Assembly (NCBI GenBank): GCA_964247055.1
Contig: OZ176050.1
Coordinates: 682,001-746,000, forward strand
DNA from: Paragordius varius
Taxonomy: Eukaryota; Animalia; Nematomorpha
Direction of reading: 5' to 3'
Length of the DNA: 64,000 bases
Below are positions 14,201 through 29,300 of the stretch, one piece after another. Below the pieces are notes generated by a model. The model made no database searches. It was not told the origin of the DNA and worked only from the letters and a program-made list of their open reading frames with translations. How positions within the stretch are numbered: the first letter of the stretch is position 1; every line of letters starts with the position of its first letter. Position numbers and translations under genes: made by a program.

Positions 14201-16424
14201 TTGATCAGGTGATGTCGCCATAATTTTTTTTGCGTAGCCCTATGGTAGTTCTATCATCACCCCAAATATTTTGGGGATCGGACTATAAATGTAATTTTTA
14301 TGAATTTTTTAAATATTTAAAAAATTTATTTTATACGATTTTAAAAATAAAAATGGCTACCTAAAATCCAAATTTGATCAGGTGATGTCACCATAATTTT
14401 TTTTGGGTAGCCCTATGGTAGTTCCATCATCACCTCATTTATTTTCGAGATCGGAATATAAATGTAATTTTTATGAATTTTTTAAATATTTAAAAAATTT
14501 ATTTTATACGATTTTAAAAATAAAAATGGCTACCTAAAATCCAAATTTGATCAGGTGATGTCACCATAATTTTTTTTGGGTAGCCCTATGGTAGTTCCAT
14601 CATCACCCCAAATATTGTCGAGATCGGAGTATAAATGTAATTTTTTTGAATTTTTTAAATATTTAAAAAATTTATTTTATTCGATTTTAAAAATAAAAAT
14701 GGCTACCTAAAATCCAAATTTGATCAGGTGATGTCACCATAATTTTTTATGGGTAGCCCTATGGTAGTTCCATCATCACCCCAAATATTTTCGAGATCGG
14801 AGTATAAATGTAATTTTTATGAATTTTTTAAATATTTAAAAAATTTATTTTATACGATTTTAAAAATAAAAATGGCTACCTAAAATCCAAATTTGATCAG
14901 GTGCTGTCACTATAATTTTTTTGGGTAGCCCTATGGTAGTTCCATCATCACCCCAAATATTTTGGGGATCGGACTATAAATGTAATTTTTATGAATTTTT
15001 TAAATATTTAAAAAATTTATTTTATACGATTTTAAAAATAAAAATGGCTACCTAAAATCCAAATTTGATCAGGTGATGTCACCATAATTTTTTTTGGGTA
15101 GCCCTATGGTAGTTCCATCATCACCTCATTTATTTTCGAGATCGGAATATAAATGTAATTTTTATGAATTTTTTAAATATTTAAAAAATTTATTTTATAC
15201 GATTTTAAAAATAAAAATGGCTACCTAAAATCCAAATTTGATCAGGTGATGTCACCATAATTTTTTTTGGGTAGCCCTATGGTAGTTCCATCATCACCCC
15301 AAATATTGTCGAGATCGGAGTATAAATGTAATTTTTTTGAATTTTTTAAATATTTAAAAAATTTATTTTATTCGATTTTAAAAATAAAAATGGCTACCTA
15401 AAATCCAAATTTGATCAGGTGATGTCACCATAATTTTTTATGGGTAGCCCTATGGTAGTTCCATCATCACCCCAAATATTTTCGAGATCGGAGTATAAAT
15501 GTAATTTTTATGAATTTTTTAAATATTTAAAAAATTTATTTTATACGATTTTAAAAATAAAAATGGCTACCTAAAATCCAAATTTGATCAGGTGCTGTCA
15601 CTATAATTTTTTTGGGTAGCCCTATGGTAGTTCCATCATCACCCCAAATATTTTGGGGATCGGACTATAAATGTAATTTTTATGAATTTTTTAAATATTT
15701 AAAAAATTTATTTTATACGATTTTAAAAATAAAAATGGCTACTTAAAATTCAAATTTGATCAGGTGATGTCACCATAATTTTTTTTGGGTAGCCCTATGG
15801 TAGTTCCATCATCACCCCAAATATTTTCGAGATCGGAGTATAAATGTAATTTTTATGAATTTTTTAAATATTTAAAAAATTTATTTTATACGATTTTAAA
15901 AATAAAAATGGCTACCTAAAATCCAAATTTGATCAGGTGCTGTCACTATAATTTTTTTGGGTAGCCCTATGGTAGTTCCATCATCACCCCAAATATTTTG
16001 GGGATCGGACTATAAATGTAATTTTTATGAATTTTTTAAATATTTAAAAAATTTATTTTATACGATTTTAAAAATAAAAATGGCTACTTAAAATTCAAAT
16101 TTGATCAGGTGATGTCACCATAATTTTTTTTGGGTAGCCCTATGGTAGTTCCATCATCACCTCATTTATTTTTGAGATCGGAATATAAATGTAATTTTTT
16201 GAATTTTTTAAATATTTAAAAAATTTATTTTATACGATTTTAAAAATAAAAATGGCTACGTAAAATCCAAATTTGATCAGGTGATGTCGCCATAATTTAT
16301 TTTGGGTAGCCCTATGGTAGTTCCATCATCACCCCAAATATTTTGGGGATCGGACTATAAATGTAATTTTTATGAATTTTTTAAATATTTAAAAAATTTA
16401 TTTTATACGATTTTAAAAATAAAA
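11252..16424 (+). repeat. Block of short nested multimer duplications (7-, 3-, 4- and 2-mers) marked by TTTTATTCGA, TTTTATGGG and GGTGCTGTCACT
   Basis: Matching variant monomers at 11252/12457 (1205 bp), 12803/13318 (515 bp), 14353/15044 (691 bp) and 15563/15908 (345 bp). Confidence 0.85.
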
Positions 16425-19400
16425 ATGGCTACCTAAAATTCAAATTTGATCAGGTGATGTAACTATCATTTTTTTTGGGTAGCCCTATGGTAGTTCCATC
16501 ATCACCCCAAATATTTTCGAGATCGGAGTATAAATGTAATTATTATGAATTTTTTAAATATTTAAAAAATTTATTTTATACTATTTTAAAAATAAAAATG
16601 GCTACCTAAAATCCAAATTTGATCAGGTGATGTCACTATAATTTTTTTGGGAAGCCCTATGGTAGTTCCATCATGACCCCAAATATTGTCGAGATCGGAG
16701 TATAAATGTAATTTTTATGAATTTTTTAAATATTTAAAAAATTTATTTTATACGATTTTAAAAATAAAAATGGCTACCTAAAATCCAAATTTGATCAGGT
16801 GATGTCGCCATAATTTTTTTTGGGTAGCCCTATAGTAGTTCCATCATCACCCCAAATATTTTCGAGATCGGAGTATAAATGTAATTTTTATGAATTTTTT
16901 AAATATTTAAAAAATTTATTTTATACGATTTTAAAAATAAAAATGGCTACCTAAAATCCAAATTTGATCAGGTGCTGTCACTATAATTTTTTTTGGGTAG
17001 CCCTATGGTAGTTCCATCATCACCCCAAATATTGTCGAGATCGGAGTATAAATGTAATTTTTTTGAATTTTTTAAATATTTAAAAAATTTATTTTATTCG
17101 ATTTTAAAAATAAAAATGGCTACCTAAAATCCAAATTTGATCAGGTGATGTCACCATAATTTTTTATGGGTAGCCCTATGGTAGTTCCATCATCACCCCA
17201 AATATTTTCGAGATCGGAGTATAAATGTAATTTTTATGAATTTTTTAAATATTTAAAAAATTTATTTTATACGATTTTAAAAATAAAAATGGCTACCTAA
17301 AATCCAAATTTGATCAGGTGCTGTCACTATAATTTTTTTGGGTAGCCCTATGGTAGTTCCATCATCACCCCAAATATTTTGGGGATCGGACTATAAATGT
17401 AATTTTTATGAATTTTTTAAATATTTAAAAAATTTATTTTATACGATTTTAAAAATAAAAATGGCTACCTAAAATTCAAATTTGATCAGGTGATGTAACT
17501 ATCATTTTTTTTGGGTAGCCCTATGGTAGTTCCATCATCACCCCAAATATTTTCGAGATCGGAGTATAAATGTAATTATTATGAATTTTTTAAATATTTA
17601 AAAAATTTATTTTATACTATTTTAAAAATAAAAATGGCTACCTAAAATCCAAATTTGATCAGGTGATGTCACTATAATTTGTTTGGGAAGCCCTATGGTA
17701 GTTCCATCATGACCCCAAATATTGTCGAGATCGGAGTATAAATGTAATTTTTATGAATTTTTTAAATATTTAAAAAATTTATTTTATACGATTTTAAAAA
17801 TAAAAATGGCTACCTAAAATCCAAATTTGATCAGGTGATGTCGCCATAATTTTTTTTGGGTAGCCCTATAGTAGTTCCATCATCACCCCAAATATTTTCG
17901 AGATCGGAGTATAAATGTAATTTTTATGAATTTTTTAAATATTTAAAAAATTTATTTTATACGATTTTAAAAATAAAAATGGCTACCTAAAATCCAAATT
18001 TGATCAGGTGCTGTCACTATAATTTTTTTTGGGTAGCCCTATGGTAGTTCCATCATCACCCCAAATATTTTGGGGATCGGACTATAAATGTAATTTTTAT
18101 GAATTTTTTTAATATTTAAAAAATTTATTTTATACGATTTTAAAAATAAAAATGGCTACCTAAAATTCAAATTTGATCAGGTGATGTAACTATCATTTTT
18201 TTTGGGTAGCCCTATGGTAGTTCCATCATCACCCCAAATATTTTCGAGATCGGAGTATAAATGTAATTTTTATGAATTTTTTAAATATTTAAAAAATTTA
18301 TTTTATACTATTTTAAAAATAAAAATGGCTACCTAAAATCCAAATTTGATCAGGTGATGTCACTATAATTTTTTTGGGAAGCCCTATGGTAGTTCCATCA
18401 TGACCCCAAATATTGTCGAGATCGGAGTATAAATGTAATTTTTATGAATTTTTTAAATATTTAAAAAATTTATTTTATACGATTTTAAAAATAAAAATGG
18501 CTACCTAAAATCCAAATTTGATCAGGTGATGTCGCCATATTTTTTTTGGGTAGCCCTATAGTAGTTTCATCATCACCCCAAATATTTTCGAGATCGGAGT
18601 ATAAATGTAATTTTTATGAATTTTTTAAATATTTAAAAAATTTATTTTATACGATTTTAAAAATAAAAATGGCTACCTAAAATCCAAATTTGATCAGGTG
18701 CTGTCACTATAATTTTTTTTGGGTAGCCCTATGGTAGTTCCATCATCACCCCAAATATTTTGGGGATCGGACTATAAATGTAATTTTTATGAATTTTTTA
18801 AATATTTAAAAAATTTATTTTATACGATTTTAAAAATAAAAATGGCTACCTTAAATTCAAATTTGATCAGGTGATGTCACTATCATTTTTTTGGGTAGCC
18901 CTATAATAGTTCCATCATCACCCCAAATATTTTCGAGATCGGAGTATAAATGTAATTTTTATGAATTTTTTAAATATTTAAAAAATTTATTTTATACTAT
19001 TTTAAAAATAAAAATGGCTACCGAATATCCAAATTTAATCAGGTGATGTCACTATAATTTTTTTGGGAAGCCCTATGGTAGTTCCATCATGACCCCAAAT
19101 ATTGTCGAGATCGGAGTATAAATGTAATTTTTATGAATTTTTTAAATATTTAAAAAATTTATTTTATACGATTTTAAAAATAAAAATGGCTACCTAAAAT
19201 CCAAATTTGATCAGGTGATGTCGCCATAATTTTTTTTGGGTAGCCCTATAGTAGTTCCATCATCACCCCAAATATTTTCGAGATCGGAGTATAAATGTAA
19301 TTTTTATGAATTTTTTAAATATTTAAAAAATTTATTTTATACGATTTTAAAAATAAAAATGGCTACCTAAAATCCAAATTTGATCAGGTGCTGTCACTAT

Positions 19401-19531
19401 AATTTTTTTTGGGTAGCCCTATGGTAGTTCCATCATCATCCCAAATATTTTCGAGATCGGAGTATAAATGTAATTTTTATGAATTTTTTAAATATTTAAA
19501 AAATTTATTTTATACGTTTTTAAAAATAAAA
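16425..19531 (+). repeat. 4-monomer higher-order repeat (~691 bp), about 4 diverging copies
   Basis: The unit [AAATTC..CTATCATT..ATACTATT][GGGAAGCC..CATGACCC][GTCGCC..CTATAG][GCTGTCACT] starts at 16425 (with two extra monomers), 17461, 18152 and 18842. Confidence 0.88.
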
Positions 19532-22500
19532 ATGGCTACCTAAAATCCAAATTTGATCAAGTGATGTCGCCATAATTTTTTTTGGGTAGCCCCATGGTAG
19601 TTCCATCATCACCCTAAATATTTTGAGGATCGGACTATAAATGTAATTTTTATGAATTTTTTAAATATTTAAAAAATTTATTTTATACGATATTAAAAAT
19701 AAAAATGCCTACCTAAAATCCAAATTTGATCAGGTAATGTCGCCATAATTTTTTTTGGGTAGCCCTATAGTAGTTCCATCATCACCCCAAATATTTTCGA
19801 GATCGGAGTATAAATGTAATTTTTATGAATTTTTTAAATATTTAAAAAATTTATTTTATACGATTTTAAAAATAAAAATGGCTACCTAAAATCCAAATTT
19901 GATCAGGTGATGTCACTATAATTTTTTTGGGTAGCCCTATGGTAGTAGCATCATCACCCCAAATATTTTCAAGATCGGAGTATAAATGTAATTTTTATGA
20001 ATTTTTTAAATATTTAAAAAATTTATTTTATACGATTTTAAAAATAAAAATGGCTACCTAAAATCCAAATTTGATCAGGTGCTGTCACTATAATTTTTTT
20101 TGGGTAGCCCTATGGTAGTTCCATCATCACCCCAAATATTTTGGGGATCGGACTATAAATGTAATTTTTATGAATTTTTTAAATATTTAAAAAATTTATT
20201 TTATACGATTTTAAAAATAAAAATGGCTACCTTAAATTCAAATTTGATCAGGTGATGTCACTATCATTTTTTTGGGTAGCCCTATAATAGTTCCATCATC
20301 ACCCCAAATATTTTCGAGATCGGAGTATAAATGTAATTTTTATGAATTTTTTAAATATTTAAAAAATTTATTTTATACGATTTTAAAAATAAAAATGGCT
20401 ACCTAAAATCCAAATTTGATCAGGTGATGTCACTATAATTTTTTTGGGTAGCCCTATGGTAGTAGCATCATCACCCCAAATATTTTCAAGATCGGAGTAT
20501 AAATGTAATTTTTATGAATTTTTTAAATATTTAAAAAATTTATTTTATACGATTTTAAAAATAAAAATGGCTACCTAAAATCCAAATTTGATCAGGTGAT
20601 GTCACCATAATTTTTTTTGGGTAGCCCTATGGTAGTTCCATCATCACCCTAAATATTTTGGGGATCGGACTATAAATGTAATTTTTATGAATTTTTTAAA
20701 TATTTAAAAAATTTATTTTATACGATTTTAAAAATAAAAATGGCTACCTAAAATCCAAATTTGATCAGGTGATGTCACCATAATTTTTTTGGGTAGCCCT
20801 ATGGTAGTTCCATCATCACCCCAAATATTTTCGAGATCGGAGTATAAATGTAATTTTTATGAATTTTTTAAATATTTAAAAAATTTATTTTATACGATTT
20901 TAAAAATAAAAATGGCTACCTAAAATCCAAATTTGATCAGGTGATGTCACCATAATTTTTTTTGGGTAGCCCTATGGTAGTTCCATCATCACCCCAAATA
21001 TTTTCGAGATCGGAGTATAAATGTAATTTTTATAAATTTTTTAAATATTTAAAAAATTTATTTTATACGATTTTAAAAATAAAAATGGCTACCTAAAATC
21101 CAAATTTGATCAAGTGATGTCGCCATAATTTTTTTTGGGTAGCCCTATGGTAGTTCCATCATCACCCCAAATATTTTCGAGATCGGAGTATAAATGTAAT
21201 TTTTATGAATTTTTTAAATATTTAAAAAATTTATTTTATACGATATTAAAAATAAAAATGGCTACCTAAAATCCAAATTTGATCAGGTGATGTCGCCATA
21301 ATTTTTTTTTGGTTAGCCCTAGAGTATGTCCATCATCACCCCAAATATTTTTGAGATCGGAGTATAAATGTAATTTTTATGAATTTTTTAAATATTTAAA
21401 AAATTTATTTTATACGATTTTAAAAATAAAAATGGCTACCTAAAATCCAAATTTGATCAGGTGATGTCACCATAATTTTTTTTGGGTAGCCCTATGGTAG
21501 TTCCATCATCACCCCAAATATTTTCGAGATCGGAGTATAAATGTAATTTTTATGAATTTTTTAAATATTTAAAAAATTTATTTTATACGATTTTAAAAAT
21601 AAAAATGGCTACCTAAAATCCAAATTTGATCAGGTGATGTCGCCATAATTTTTTTGGGGTAGCCCTATGGTAGTTCCATCATCACCCCAAATATTTTCGA
21701 GATCGGAGTATAAATGTAATTTTTATGAATTTTTTAAATATTTAAAAAATTTATTTTATACGATTTTAAAAATAAAAATGGCTACCTAAAATCCAAATTT
21801 GATCAGGTGATGTCACCATAATTTTTTTTGGGTAGCCCTATGGTAGTTCCATCATCACCCCAAATATTTTCGAGATCGGAGTATAAATGTAATTTTTTTG
21901 AATTTTTTAAATATTTAAAAAATTTATTTTATACGATTTTGAAAAAAAAAATGGCTACCTAAAATCCAAATTTGATCAGGTGATGTCACCATAATTTTTT
22001 TTGGGTAGCCCTATGGTAGTTCCATCATCACCCCAAATATTTTCGAGATCGGAGTATAAATGTAATTTTTATGAATTTTTTAAATATTTAAAAAAATTTT
22101 TTTATACGATTTTAAAAATAAAAATGGCTACCGAAAATCCAAATTTGATCAGGTGATGTCGCCATAATTTTTTTTGGGTAGCCCTATAGTAGTTCCATCA
22201 TCACCCCAAATATTTTCGAGATCGGAGTATAAATGTAATTTTTATGAATTTTTTAAATATTTAAAAAATTTATTTTATACGATTTTAAAAATAAAAATGA
22301 CTACCTAAAATCCAAATTTGATCAGGTGATGTCACCATAATTTTTTTTGGGTAGCCCTATGGTAGTTCCATCATCACCCCAAATATTTTCGAGATCGGAG
22401 TATAAATGTAATTTTTATGAATTTTTTAAATATTTAAAAAATTTATTTTATACGATCTTAAAAATAAAAATGGCTACCTAAAATCCAAATTCGATCAGGT

Positions 22501-23332
22501 GATGTCACCATAATTTTTTTGGGTAGCCCTATGGTAGTTCCATCATCACCCCAAATATTTTCGAGATCGGAGTATAAATGTAATTTTTATGAATTTTTTA
22601 AATATTTAAAAAATTTATTTTATACGATTTTAAAAATAAAAATGGCTACCTAAAATCCAAATTTGATCAGGTGATGTCACCATAATTTTTTTTGGGTAGC
22701 CCTATGGTAGTTCCATCATCACCCCAAATATTTTCGAGATCGGAGTATAAATGTAATTTTTATGAATTTTTTAAATATTTAAAAAAATTTTTTTATACGA
22801 TTTTAAAAATAAAAATGGCAGCCGAAAATCCAAATTTGATCAGGTGATGTCGCCATAATTTTTTTTGGGTAGCCCTATAGTAGTTCCATCATCACCCCAA
22901 ATATTTTCGAGATCGGAGTATAAATGTAATTTTTATGAATTTTTTAAATATTTAAAAAATTTATTTTATACGATTTTAAAAATAAAAATGGCTACCTAAA
23001 ATCCAAATTTGATCAGGTGATGTCACCATAATTTTTTTGGGTAGCCCTATGGTAGTTCCATCATCACCCCAAATATTGTCGAGATCGGAGTATAAATGTA
23101 ATTTTTTTGAATTTTTTAAATATTTAAAAAATTTATTTTATACGATTTTAAAAATAAAAATGGCTACCTAAAATCCAAATTTGATCAGGTGATGTCGCCA
23201 TAATTTTTTTTGGGTAGCCCTATGGTAGTTCCATCATCACCCCAAATATTGTCGAGATCGGAGTATAAATGTAATTTTTTTGAATTTTTTAAATATTTAA
23301 AAAATTTATTTTATACGATTTTAAAAATAAAA

Positions 23333-26300
23333 ATGGCTACCTAAAATCCAAATTTGATCAGGTGATGTCACCATAATTTTTTTTGGGTAGCCCTATGGTA
23401 GTTCCATCATCACCCCAAATATTTTCGAGATCGGAGTATAAATGTAATTTTTATGAATTTTTTAAATATTTAAAAAATTTATTTTATACGATTTTAAAAA
23501 TAAAAATGGCTACTCTAAAATCCAAATTTGATCAGGTGATGTCACTATAATTTTTTTTGGGTAGCCCTATGGTAGTTCCATCATCACCCCAAATATTTTC
23601 GAGATCGGAGTATAAATGTAATTTTTATGAATTTTTTAAATATTAAAAAAATTTATTTTATACGATTTTAAAAATAAAAATGGCTACCTAAAATCCAAAT
23701 TTGATCAGGTGATGTCACCATATTTTTTTTTGGGTAGCCCTATGGTAGTTCCATCATCACCCCAAATATTTTGGGGATCGGACTATAAATGTAATTTTTA
23801 TGAATTTTTTAAATATTTAAAAAATTTATTTTATACGATTTTAAAAATAAAAATGGCTACCTAAAATCCAAATTTGATCAGGTGATGCCATAATTTTTTT
23901 TGGGTGGCCCTATGGTAGTTCCATCATCACCCCAATTATTTTCGAGATCGGAGTATAAATGTAATTTTTATGAATTTTTTAAATATTTAAAAAATTTATT
24001 TTATACGATTTTAAAAATAAAAATGGCTACCTAAAATCCAAATTTGATCAGGTGATGTCACCATAATTTTTTTTGGGTAGCCCTATGGTAGTTCCATCAT
24101 CACCCCAAATATTTTCGAGATCGGAGTATAAATGTAATTTTTATGAATTTTTTAAATATTTAAAAAATTTATTTTATACGATTGTAAAAATAAAAATGGC
24201 TACCTAAAATCCAAATTTGATCAGGCGATGTCACCATAATTTTTTTTGAGCCCTATGGTAGTTCCATCATCACCCCAAATATTGTCGAGATCGGAGTATA
24301 AATGTAATTTTTTTGAATTTTTTAAATATTTAAAAAATTTATTTTATACGATTTTAAAACTAAAAATGGCTACCTAAAATCCAAATTTGATCAGGTGATG
24401 TCGCCATAATTTTTTTTGGGTAGCCCTATGGTAGTTCCATCATAACCCCAAATATTTTTGAGATCGGACTTTAAATGTAATTTTTATGAATTTTTTAAAT
24501 ATTTAAAAAATTTATTTTATACGATTTTAAAAATAAAAATGGCTACCTAAAATCCAAATTTGATCAGGTGATGTCACAATAATTTTTTTTGGGTAGCCCT
24601 ATGGTAGTTCCATCATCACCCCAAATATTTTCGAGATCGGAGTATAAATGTAATTTTTATGAATTTTTTAAATATTTAAAAAATTTATTTTATACGATTT
24701 TAAAAATAAAAATGGCTACCTAAAATCCAAATTCGATCAGGTGATGTCGCCATAATTTTTTTTGGGTAGCCCTATGGTAGTTCCATCATCACCCCAAATA
24801 TTTTCGAGATCGGAGTATAAATGTAATTTTTATGAATTTTTTAAATATTTAAAAAATTTATTTTATACGATTTTAAAAATAAAAATGGCTACCTAAAATA
24901 CAAATTTGATCAGGTGATGTCACCATATTTTTTTTTGGGTAGCCCTATGGTAGTTCCATCATCACCCCAAATATTTTGGGGATCGGACTATAAATGTAAT
25001 TTTTATGAATTTTTTAAATATTTAAAAAATTTATTTTATACGATTTTAAAAATAAAAATGGCTACCTAAAATCCAAATTTGATCAGGTGATGCCATAATT
25101 TTTTTTGGGTAGCCCTATGGTAGTTCCATCATCACCCCAAATATTTTCGAGATCGGAGTATAAATGTAATTTTTATGAATTTTTTAAATATTTAAAAAAA
25201 TTATTTTATACGATTTTAAAAATAAAAATGGCTACCTAAAATCCAAATTTGATCAGGTGATGTCACCATAATTTTTTTTGGGTAGCCCTATGGTAGTTCC
25301 ATCATCACCCCAAATATTTTCGAGATCGGAGTATAAATGTAATTTTTATGAATTTTTTAAATATTTAAAAAATTTATTTTATACGATTTTAAAAATAAAA
25401 ATGGCTACCTAAAATCCAAATTCGATCAGGTGATGTCGCCATAATTTTTTTTGGGTAGCCCTATGGTAGTTCCATCATCACCCCAAATATTTTCGAGATC
25501 GGAGTATAAATGTAATTTTTATGAATTTTTTAAATATTTAAAAAATTTATTTTATACGATTTTAAAAATAAAAATGGCTACCTAAAATACAAATTTGATC
25601 AGGTGATGTCACCATATTTTTTTTTGGGTAGCCCTATGGTAGTTCCATCATCACCCCAAATATTTTGGGGATCGGACTATAAATGTAATTTTTATGAATT
25701 TTTTAAATATTTAAAAAATTTATTTTATACGATTTTAAAAATAAAAATGGCTACCTAAAATCCAAATTTGATCAGGTGATGCCATAATTTTTTTTGGGTA
25801 GCCCTATGGTAGTTCCATCATCACCCCAAATATTTTCGAGATCGGAGTATAAATGTAATTTTTATGAATTTTTTAAATATTTAAAAAAATTATTTTATAC
25901 GATTTTAAAAATAAAAATGGCTACCTAAAATCCAAATTTGATCAGGTGATGTCACCATAATTTTTTTTGGGTAGCCCTATGGTAGTTCCATCATCACCCC
26001 AAATATTTTCGAGATCGGAGTATAAATGTAATTTTTATGAATTTTTTAAATATTTAAAAAATTTATTTTATACGATTTTAAAAATAAAAATGGCTACCTA
26101 AAATCCAAATTTGATCAGGTGATGTCACTATAATTTTTTTTGGGTAGCCCTATGGTAGTTCCATCATCACCCCAAATATTTTCGAGATCGGAGTATAAAT
26201 GTAATTTTTATGAATTTTTTAAATATTAAAAAAATTTATTTTATACGAATTTAAAAATAAAAATGGCTACCTAAAATCCAAATTTGATCAGGTGATGTCA

Positions 26301-29300
26301 CCATATTTTTTTTTGGGTAGCCCTATGGTAGTTCCATCATTACCCCAAATATTTTGGGGATCGGACTATAAATGTAATTTTTATGAATTTTTTAAATATT
26401 TAAAAAATTTATTTTATACGATTTTAAAAATAAAAATGGCTACCTAAAATCCAAATTTGATCAGGTGATGCCATAATTTTTTTTGGGTAGCCCTATGGTA
26501 GTTCCATCATCACCCCAAATATTTTCGAGATCGGAGTATAAATGTAATTTTTATGAATTTTTTAAATATTTAAAAAATTTATTTTATACGATTTTAAAAA
26601 TAAAAATGGCTACCTAAAATCCAAATTTGATCAGGTGATGTCACCATAATTTTTTTTGGGTAGCCCTATGGTAGTTCCATCATCACCCCAAATATTTTCG
26701 AGATCGGAGTATAAATGTAATTTTTATGAATTTTTTAAATATTTAAAAAATTTATTTTATACGATTGTAAAAATAAAAATGGCTACCTAAAATCCAAATT
26801 TGATCAGGCGATGTCACCATAATTTTTTTTGGGTAGCCCTATGGTAGTTCCATCATCACCCCAAATATTGTCGAGATCGGAGTATAAATGTAATTTTTTT
26901 GAATTTTTTAAATATTTAAAAAATTTATTTTATACGATTTTAAAAATAAAAATGGCTACCTAAAATCCAAATTTGATCAGGTGATGCCATAATTTTTTTG
27001 GGTAGCCCTATGGTAGTTCCATCATCACCCCAAATATTTTCGAGATCGGAGTATAAATGTAATTTTTATGAATTTTTTAAATATTTAAAAAAATTATTTT
27101 ATACGATTTTAAAAATAAAAATGGCTACCTAAAATCCAAATTTGATCAGGTGATGCCATAATTTTTTTTGGGTAGCCCTATGGTAGTTCCATCATCACCC
27201 CAAATATTTTCGAGATCGGAGTATAAATGTAATTTTTATGAATTTTTTAAATATTTAAAAAATTTATTTTATACGATTTTAAAAATAAAAATGGCTACCT
27301 AAAATCCAAATTTGATCAGGTGATGTCACCATAATTTTTTTTGGGTAGCCCTATGGTAGTTCCATCATCACCCCAAATATTTTCGAGATCGGAGTATAAA
27401 TGTAATTTTTATGAATTTTTTAAATATTTAAAAAATTTATTTTATACGATTGTAAAAATAAAAATGGCTACCTAAAATCCAAATTTGATCAGGCGATGTC
27501 ACCATAATTTTTTTTGGGTAGCCCTATGGTAGTTCCATCATCACCCCAAATATTGTCGAGATCGGAGTATAAATGTAATTTTTTTGAATTTTTTAAATAT
27601 TTAAAAAATTTATTTTATACGATTTTAAAACTAAAAATGGCTACCTAAAATCCAAATTTGATCAGGTGATGTCGCCATAATTTTTTTTGGGTAGCCCTAT
27701 GGTAGTTCCATCATAACCCCAAATATTTTTGAGATCGAACTTTAAATGTAATTTTTATGAATTTTTTAAATATTTAAAAAATTTATTTTATACGATTTTA
27801 AAAATAAAAATGGCTACCTAAAATCCAAATTTGATCAGGTGATGTCACCATAATTTTTTTTGGGTAGCCCTATGGTAGTTCCATCATCACCCCAAATATT
27901 TTCGAGATCGGAGTATAAATGTAATTTTTATGAATTTTTTAAATATTTAAAAAATTTATTTTATACGATTTTAAAAATAAAAATGGCTACCTAAAATCCA
28001 AATTCGATCAGGTGATGTCGCCATAATTTTTTTTGGGTAGCCCTATGGTAGTTCCATCATCACCCCAAATATTTTCGAGATCGGAGTATAAATGTAATTT
28101 TTATGAATTTTTTAAATATTTAAAAAATTTATTTTATACGATTTTAAAAATAAAAATGGCTACCTAAAATCCAAATTTGATCAGGTGATGTCACCATAAT
28201 TTTTTTTGGGTAGCCCTATGGTAGTTCTATCATCACCCCAAATATTTTGGGGATCGGACTATAAATGTAATTTTTATGAATTTTTTAAATATTTAAAAAA
28301 TTTATTTTATACGATTTTAAAACTAAAAATGGCTACCTAAAATCCAAATTTGATCAGGTGATGTCGCCATAATTTTTTTTGGGTAGCCCTATGGTAGTTC
28401 CATCATAACCCCAAATATTTTTGAGATCGAACTTTAAATGTAATTTTTATGAATTTTTTAAATATTTAAAAAATTTATTTTATACGATTTTAAAAATAAA
28501 AATGGCTACCTAAAATCCAAATTTGATCAGGTGATGTCACCATAATTTTTTTTGGGTAGCCCTATGGTAGTTCCATCATCACCCCAAATATTTTCGAGAT
28601 CGGAGTATAAATGTAATTTTTATGAATTTTTTAAATATTTAAAAAAATTATTTTATACGATTTTAAAAATAAAAATGGCTACCTAAAATCCAAATTTGAT
28701 CAGGTGATGCCATAATTTTTTTTGGGTAGCCCTATGGTAGTTCCATCATCACCCCAAATATTTTCGAGATCGGAGTATAAATGTAATTTTTATGAATTTT
28801 TTAAATATTTAAAAAATTTATTTTATACGATTTTAAAACTAAAAATGGCTACCTAAAATCCAAATTTGATCAGGTGATGTCACCATAATTTTTTTTGGGT
28901 AGCCCTATGGTAGTTCCATCATCACCCCAAATATTTTCGAGATCGGAGTATAAATGTAATTTTTATGAATTTTTTAAATATTTAAAAAATTTATTTTATA
29001 CGATTGTAAAAATAAAAATGGCTACCTAAAATCCAAATTTGATCAGGTGATGCCATAATTTTTTTTGGGTAGCCCTATGGTAGTTCCATCATCACCCCAA
29101 ATATTGTCGAGATCGGAGTATAAATGTAATTTTTTTGAATTTTTTAAATATTTAAAAAATTTATTTTATACGATTTTAAAACTAAAAATGGCTACCTAAA
29201 ATCCAAATTTGATCAGGTGATGTCGCCATAATTTTTTTTGGGTAGCCCTATGGTAGTTCCATCATAACCCCAAATATTTTTGAGATCGAACTTTAAATGT

